DNA of 64,000 bases from Candidatus Bathyarchaeia archaeon (GTDB lineage Archaea; Thermoproteota; Bathyarchaeia; Bathyarchaeales; Bathycorpusculaceae). Each line of letters opens with the position of its first letter. Within the stretch, counting starts at the first letter, position 1. The stretch lies in NCBI GenBank assembly GCA_038882655.1, contig JAVZNT010000001.1, positions 32,001 through 96,000 of the forward strand. The letters are read 5' to 3'. Made by a program: the position numbers and the translations under genes. Shown one piece after another: positions 59,597 to 64,000 of the stretch. Under the pieces are notes generated by a model, which worked only from the letters and a program-made list of their open reading frames with translations, was not told the DNA's origin and made no database searches.

Positions 59597-60826
59597 ATGG
59601 TTAGCGCAACAATTGACCATCTGGCTGCAACAACTGTTCTCATAGTGGCTTTTACCCTCTTCATGGGCTTATTTGCGCAAGTGATGCATGACGCCCTCCT
59701 CTACCAGTTTCACATGCATCTCGCAACTAAGTGTAGCGACATCCTTGACAATATGTTGCTTAGCTTTGGGGATGTGCCCGGCGCGTTTGGGCTGGGCGAT
59801 TATAATCTCGAGCCCTACACCCTAGACCCCTATCTAGTAATGAGGTTATTGTCTGCGTCAGGTCCTCTTGTAGAGTATCCACCTGGCTCTGGGATAAAAT
59901 ATAGCAACATATCTTTTGGCGCTGGTGACTACTTGCTGGTTCCTGTAAGCGAGTGTATTGATTATGAGACTGCTCAAGAGCTGCTTGGTTTGAAGGGGCT
60001 GTATGGTTTTAGGTTGTCGTTAACCCCAATAATCCGGATAAGCTTCGCTAACGTCCAAACTGGTAGCGGCGGGAAATCTATAAGTTTCACAGTTTTCGTG
60101 GAAGGATCTGGTTCACCTATTGGAAATGCGAATGTAACGTGTAGACTTCTCTATGTAAGCGGAGTTGATGAGGATGGCCACCCCATAATTGGTCTGAGGA
60201 GCACGTCAAGTACTACGGACTTGAATGGCAAAGCTCAAATCATCTTCAGCAATGTTGATGTCTCTAAGAACTATGTGATTGTTGCAAGCGTGAGGGTTGG
60301 AAACTTCTATGGCGTTGGCTACATATATAAGCAGGCTTTAACGTCGGCTGGAAACGTCATTCCCTTCATTGAGAATATGGAAACTGGTATGATAATACTT
60401 GCCCACTCCTTTGACGTAAAACAATATAATAATACTGGCGCCATATTTTATAATGCGACCTACTTCGCTATAGATAATAACTGGAACTTGGTAAATGTTC
60501 CATTGCTTGGAAATTATAGCGGTCTCTTGAATTATGGTTCTGGTACACGTGGAAAAACCTTCAACCGAACGCAAATTCCAGAGGAATATCTCGGTCTGCC
60601 TGGGGTTCTCGTTGTGGTTTGCCGTAAGGGCAACGAGTATGGCGTTACTGTTATGCCTTGGCAGGTTCAATCCCTAAGCTTCAGTGTGGAGTTTGGCGGT
60701 AACCCTTATGGTTGGGAGTGGGTTGCCACTGATGTCAGGCATGTTTTAATTGGCGGCGTCCCATACGCGGGGAAGCTTGCCCTATGGAGTTTAACGGGCT
60801 ATCAAGTGGTCACGTATAGGTGGTGA
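59597..60826 (+). CDS. Pilus-associated protein with Ig-like domain
   Basis: N-terminal TIDH + TM helix; GSPIGNANV...TDLNGKA Ig motif. Confidence 0.65.
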   Translation: MVSATIDHLAATTVLIVAFTLFMGLFAQVMHDALLYQFHMHLATKCSDILDNMLLSFGDVPGAFGLGDYNLEPYTLDPYLVMRLLSASGPLVEYPPGSGIKYSNISFGAGDYLLVPVSECIDYETAQELLGLKGLYGFRLSLTPIIRISFANVQTGSGGKSISFTVFVEGSGSPIGNANVTCRLLYVSGVDEDGHPIIGLRSTSSTTDLNGKAQIIFSNVDVSKNYVIVASVRVGNFYGVGYIYKQALTSAGNVIPFIENMETGMIILAHSFDVKQYNNTGAIFYNATYFAIDNNWNLVNVPLLGNYSGLLNYGSGTRGKTFNRTQIPEEYLGLPGVLVVVCRKGNEYGVTVMPWQVQSLSFSVEFGGNPYGWEWVATDVRHVLIGGVPYAGKLALWSLTGYQVVTYRW

Positions 60827-60833
60827 ATAAGCC

Positions 60834-62177
60834 TTGATGAGGACTATTGAATCCATAATCGTCATTATAATAATGTTGTCAGCCTTTTTCATAGCCTCCT
60901 ACCTCATAGTTCTCCCATCGTCTAGGGCTGTTTCGCCGCTTAATCTAAGGGCATTAGCTCTCACAGTTGTCAAAAACCTTGACACTGGTGGATATTTAAG
61001 CGAGGTTGCCTTCTCCAACGACGACAGCAAGTGGAATGAGCTTCAAACAGTTCTTTCAGCAAGCCTCCCACCCCACATAGCCTATAACCTGACGGTTTAT
61101 GAGATTACCGAGAGTGGAGTTTATGTTCCTATTAAAACCATTTCCAATGCTATTGGGAATGTTGCTTTCACAGAATCCGTATCTTACATGGTTAGTTCTC
61201 CAGACGTCACCTACAAGACCGTTGCCCAGAAAATCTCCGAAGGCGGCAAAAACCTAACATTGTACATATTGAATTGTGCTGACGCCAACGGATGGTGGAT
61301 CACTGGCTATACGGCGCAAATGCTAGCCCAAGATATCTACAGTCTTCTTAGACCATATTTTGAAACAATAATCCTTGTAAATAGCACAGTCCAACTGCTT
61401 AGTCTGCTAGATGGGATAAAGCTAACAACAAGCCCAGCAGAAAGTGTCACAGACGCAATAATAATAAACGCCTTCGGTGAGGTTGTGCCAATCCCCATAG
61501 AGTATACCCAAGGTTACTCCAGACAAAGCGATGGTTACTCCTCAAGCGGGGGTTATGCACGCTACTGCTACACATTGGGCAGAAAAGTTAGACAATACAA
61601 CTGGAAATGGATCAGTATAGTTGGATACCCATTCTTTTACGTGACAAACACTGTGAGATTTAGTAATTTACAGAATAACTATGGGATATACGGAATAGTT
61701 AGCGTTGGAGCGCCGGGTTTAAACGCCTTTCTGCGCGGGTTAAACAACGAGAACTATGCCTCTGACTCAACATGGATAACCACAGATATAACAGCAAGTT
61801 ACGGCGTCCGCGTCCAATTCACATCAGAAGCCTACTACCGCACTAACTATTATGGGATTTACCCTGCATCCGAACAAAGCGCAAGCAGAGCGCTTCCAGG
61901 CCCAGGAGCGCAAAACGATATTACCAGCCGATACAATTTAGCAGTGATGGCACCAGTTTTCAATCCGGTTTATGGGTATTATGCTGCTGCAACTTTTAGG
62001 CATAATAGTGGAAACGGCGCCCTAATCGCCATCGGCCTAACACGAACACCGGACATTAGAATAACCGCCCTGGCCCTACTAATCTACTACAAACCAAACA
62101 TTTTCAAAGAGACTTTTACGGCTCCGGGAAAGTCTAGGCTTATAATCTTACAGCTGGCGGCTTTAGGAGGCGTATAA
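60834..62177 (+). CDS. Pilus-associated (minor pilin-like) protein
   Basis: MRTIESIIVIII N-terminal helix; operon position. Confidence 0.65.
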   Translation: MMRTIESIIVIIIMLSAFFIASYLIVLPSSRAVSPLNLRALALTVVKNLDTGGYLSEVAFSNDDSKWNELQTVLSASLPPHIAYNLTVYEITESGVYVPIKTISNAIGNVAFTESVSYMVSSPDVTYKTVAQKISEGGKNLTLYILNCADANGWWITGYTAQMLAQDIYSLLRPYFETIILVNSTVQLLSLLDGIKLTTSPAESVTDAIIINAFGEVVPIPIEYTQGYSRQSDGYSSSGGYARYCYTLGRKVRQYNWKWISIVGYPFFYVTNTVRFSNLQNNYGIYGIVSVGAPGLNAFLRGLNNENYASDSTWITTDITASYGVRVQFTSEAYYRTNYYGIYPASEQSASRALPGPGAQNDITSRYNLAVMAPVFNPVYGYYAAATFRHNSGNGALIAIGLTRTPDIRITALALLIYYKPNIFKETFTAPGKSRLIILQLAALGGV

Positions 62178-62178
62178 A

Positions 62179-64000
62179 ATGCGTGGTGCTGTCAAAGGAC
62201 AGTTTTCAATAATCGCTGCCGCCTTGCTAGCTATAATTCTTATATCCGCCGTTGCCATCACATACTCCATAATTAACTTTTCACTCCCTAAGGAGCAAAC
62301 AAACGTTTCATCATCGGTTTATGAAATTAACAATTCTTTGAAGCAGATGATGGAGTTCGCCGTAGGCTATTACTGCTCTGTATTGCAAGTGACTGGCAAC
62401 TCATCCTTTGCCAGAACCCTAGCACGAGATTACTTAAACAGCGGTTTCGAATTTATTGCAAACTCCCATCCGGAACTCAACCCCTCTATAAGAATTTCTG
62501 ATATGAACTTTTCAGTTCGCTGGTATGAAGCCTCCAGTTATAGTATGGGTTATCTTAAAGCATCCTATGACTTGTTAAGCCTACGCCTAAGCAGCATAAA
62601 CTATGACGTCTTCTGCGCCCTAAGAGTGGAGATAATCGGGATCATGGAAAATAAATACGTCAAGGTTAATGTAACACAAGACGAAAGTCGCCCCTATCTT
62701 GGTCTTGACAAAGCAAACTTCCACTTTTACTACTACAGCAATGCATCATCTAAATGGGTACAAGAACCCACTACAAACTGTTCCATTACTGAAAACAGCG
62801 TATACCGTCTGGGAATTCCAGACGGCATTAATGAAAATTGCTTCCTACTGGAAGTTTCAGACACTAGGGGAATAACTACCATCAGCTTTTATTCGACACG
62901 CAAAAAGCCCCAAATAACTTATGTTTTCGACTGGAACGCCACTGGAATGCAAAGCATCTACACCCAACTAAAAAACGACAAAATCGTTGTTGAAATTCTC
63001 CAAAATGGGACGCTACTATGGCTTGGACAGAAGCTTCTACACGGATATCCTATCCCACAATTACCAATCAAATGCTTAAGAGTAAGCGCAAACGCAGACC
63101 CTAACCATCTGGAAGCCAAACAGATACCGTTCCAAGTTGAAGATTGGGCATCCAACTACAAAGTCCCCCTCGGTAGGAGCAACAGCGAAACACTATTTTC
63201 AAGCAGAAACATGATAGTCTTCCTAGTAGACCACAGCATAAAAAATGTCACTATATGGTGGGATGGAAGAGACAACGCCCAACAAACACCATACTCAACA
63301 ATGAAAAGCTTCAATGATAAAATAGTAAGTGCTAGTGGCGGTGGAGCAGTAGCAGTCTTAAATAACGGTGTAACTCGAGTGAACATAACCTATAACAGTG
63401 GTAGTGGAATTTTCTACGTTAAAACTGCTACAAGCAGAGCTGACTTCATGCAAATAAACGGGCATTCTGCGAACTTCTATGCCTCACCATCATTTCCAAT
63501 AATTAATGGCACTATACGGGATATTATACAGCAAGAGGCTGAATGGTCAGGCTATAATAATTGGGGCTTTCCAAACACATACGCTCAAATAGTTCTAACT
63601 TTCCCAGCAAACGCAACGTACTACACATACGCCTTAAGACTGATTTTTGTAAATGCTTCAACATGCCCAGAAAACAGGGTGATAACCAACCTAACCCCAC
63701 TGACCATCTCAAGCGACTGGAAAACGAAGCTTAAGGTTTTAACTGAAAACGGAACAAGCAATGGAATTCCCTTAACAGTTGAAACGTATGTAGGCAGCTA
63801 TGCATTCTACAATTTCTCTGATGGAAAATGGCAACACCACTGGACGCAATATAACTATACAAGTAACACTGGAGCTGGAATAATGTTTAACGACTTCAAC
63901 AACAAAAACCTCTACCTCTTTGACAACTTTATAGGACAAAAAACTGGCGTCTTAAACGTGGCAACAACCCAGAGCCTACAATGGATTACTCCTAAAACAG
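62179..64000 (+). CDS. Large pilin-like/adhesin protein, truncated by window end (absent from ORF track)
   Basis: GGAGG SD, MRGAVKG|QFSIIAAALLAII class III signal; N-terminus translated by hand, absence from ORF track fits no stop before 64000; IPFQVEDW motif. Confidence 0.8.
   Translation, partial: MRGAVKGQFSIIAAALLAIILISAVAITYSIINFSLPKEQTNVSSSVYEINNSLKQMMEFAVGYYCSVLQVTGNSSFARTLARDYLNSGFEFIANSHPELNPSIRISDMNFSVRWYEASSYSMGYLKASYDLLSLRLSSINYDVFCALRVEIIGIMENKYVKVNVTQDESRPYLGLDKANFHFYYYSNASSKWVQEPTTNCSITENSVYRLGIPDGINENCFLLEVSDTRGITTISFYSTRKKPQITYVFDWNATGMQSIYTQLKNDKIVVEILQNGTLLWLGQKLLHGYPIPQLPIKCLRVSANADPNHLEAKQIPFQVEDWASNYKVPLGRSNSETLFSSRNMIVFLVDHSIKNVTIWWDGRDNAQQTPYSTMKSFNDKIVSASGGGAVAVLNNGVTRVNITYNSGSGIFYVKTATSRADFMQINGHSANFYASPSFPIINGTIRDIIQQEAEWSGYNNWGFPNTYAQIVLTFPANATYYTYALRLIFVNASTCPENRVITNLTPLTISSDWKTKLKVLTENGTSNGIPLTVETYVGSYAFYNFSDGKWQHHWTQYNYTSNTGAGIMFNDFNNKNLYLFDNFIGQKTGVLNVATTQSLQWITPKT

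Overview
Archaeal chromosomal DNA, most consistent with Bathyarchaeia (TACK), judged from eL13, separate Gins23 and Gins51, and several small lineage-type proteins. The window holds: (1) a replication/translation supercluster (gins23-mcm; DUF99-tfs-pcna-priL-priS-gins51-L44e-S27e-aIF2a-nop10-PAC2) interrupted by a glycosylation island and an archaeosortase; (2) a deaminase-ahcY pair and an MgtE with two PhoU/RCK_C proteins; (3) a double-ParB(SerK-like)-cysteine synthase fusion with a divergent Cys-rich regulator and tandem palindromic operators; (4) tRNA-Ser(TGA), tRNA-Val(GAC) and a box C/D sRNA predicted to guide 23S Gm2251; (5) the L15e-L13e-RNase P cluster with a structured leader, a GGR, and asnC opposite an archaeal Asn synthetase; (6) a second glycosylation locus (one GT-C frameshifted) beside a probable S-layer gene; and (7) a type IV pilus-like operon running off the right edge. 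No CRISPR array, IS element, integrase or rRNA gene was seen. All calls come from motif recognition by eye; no database searches were run.
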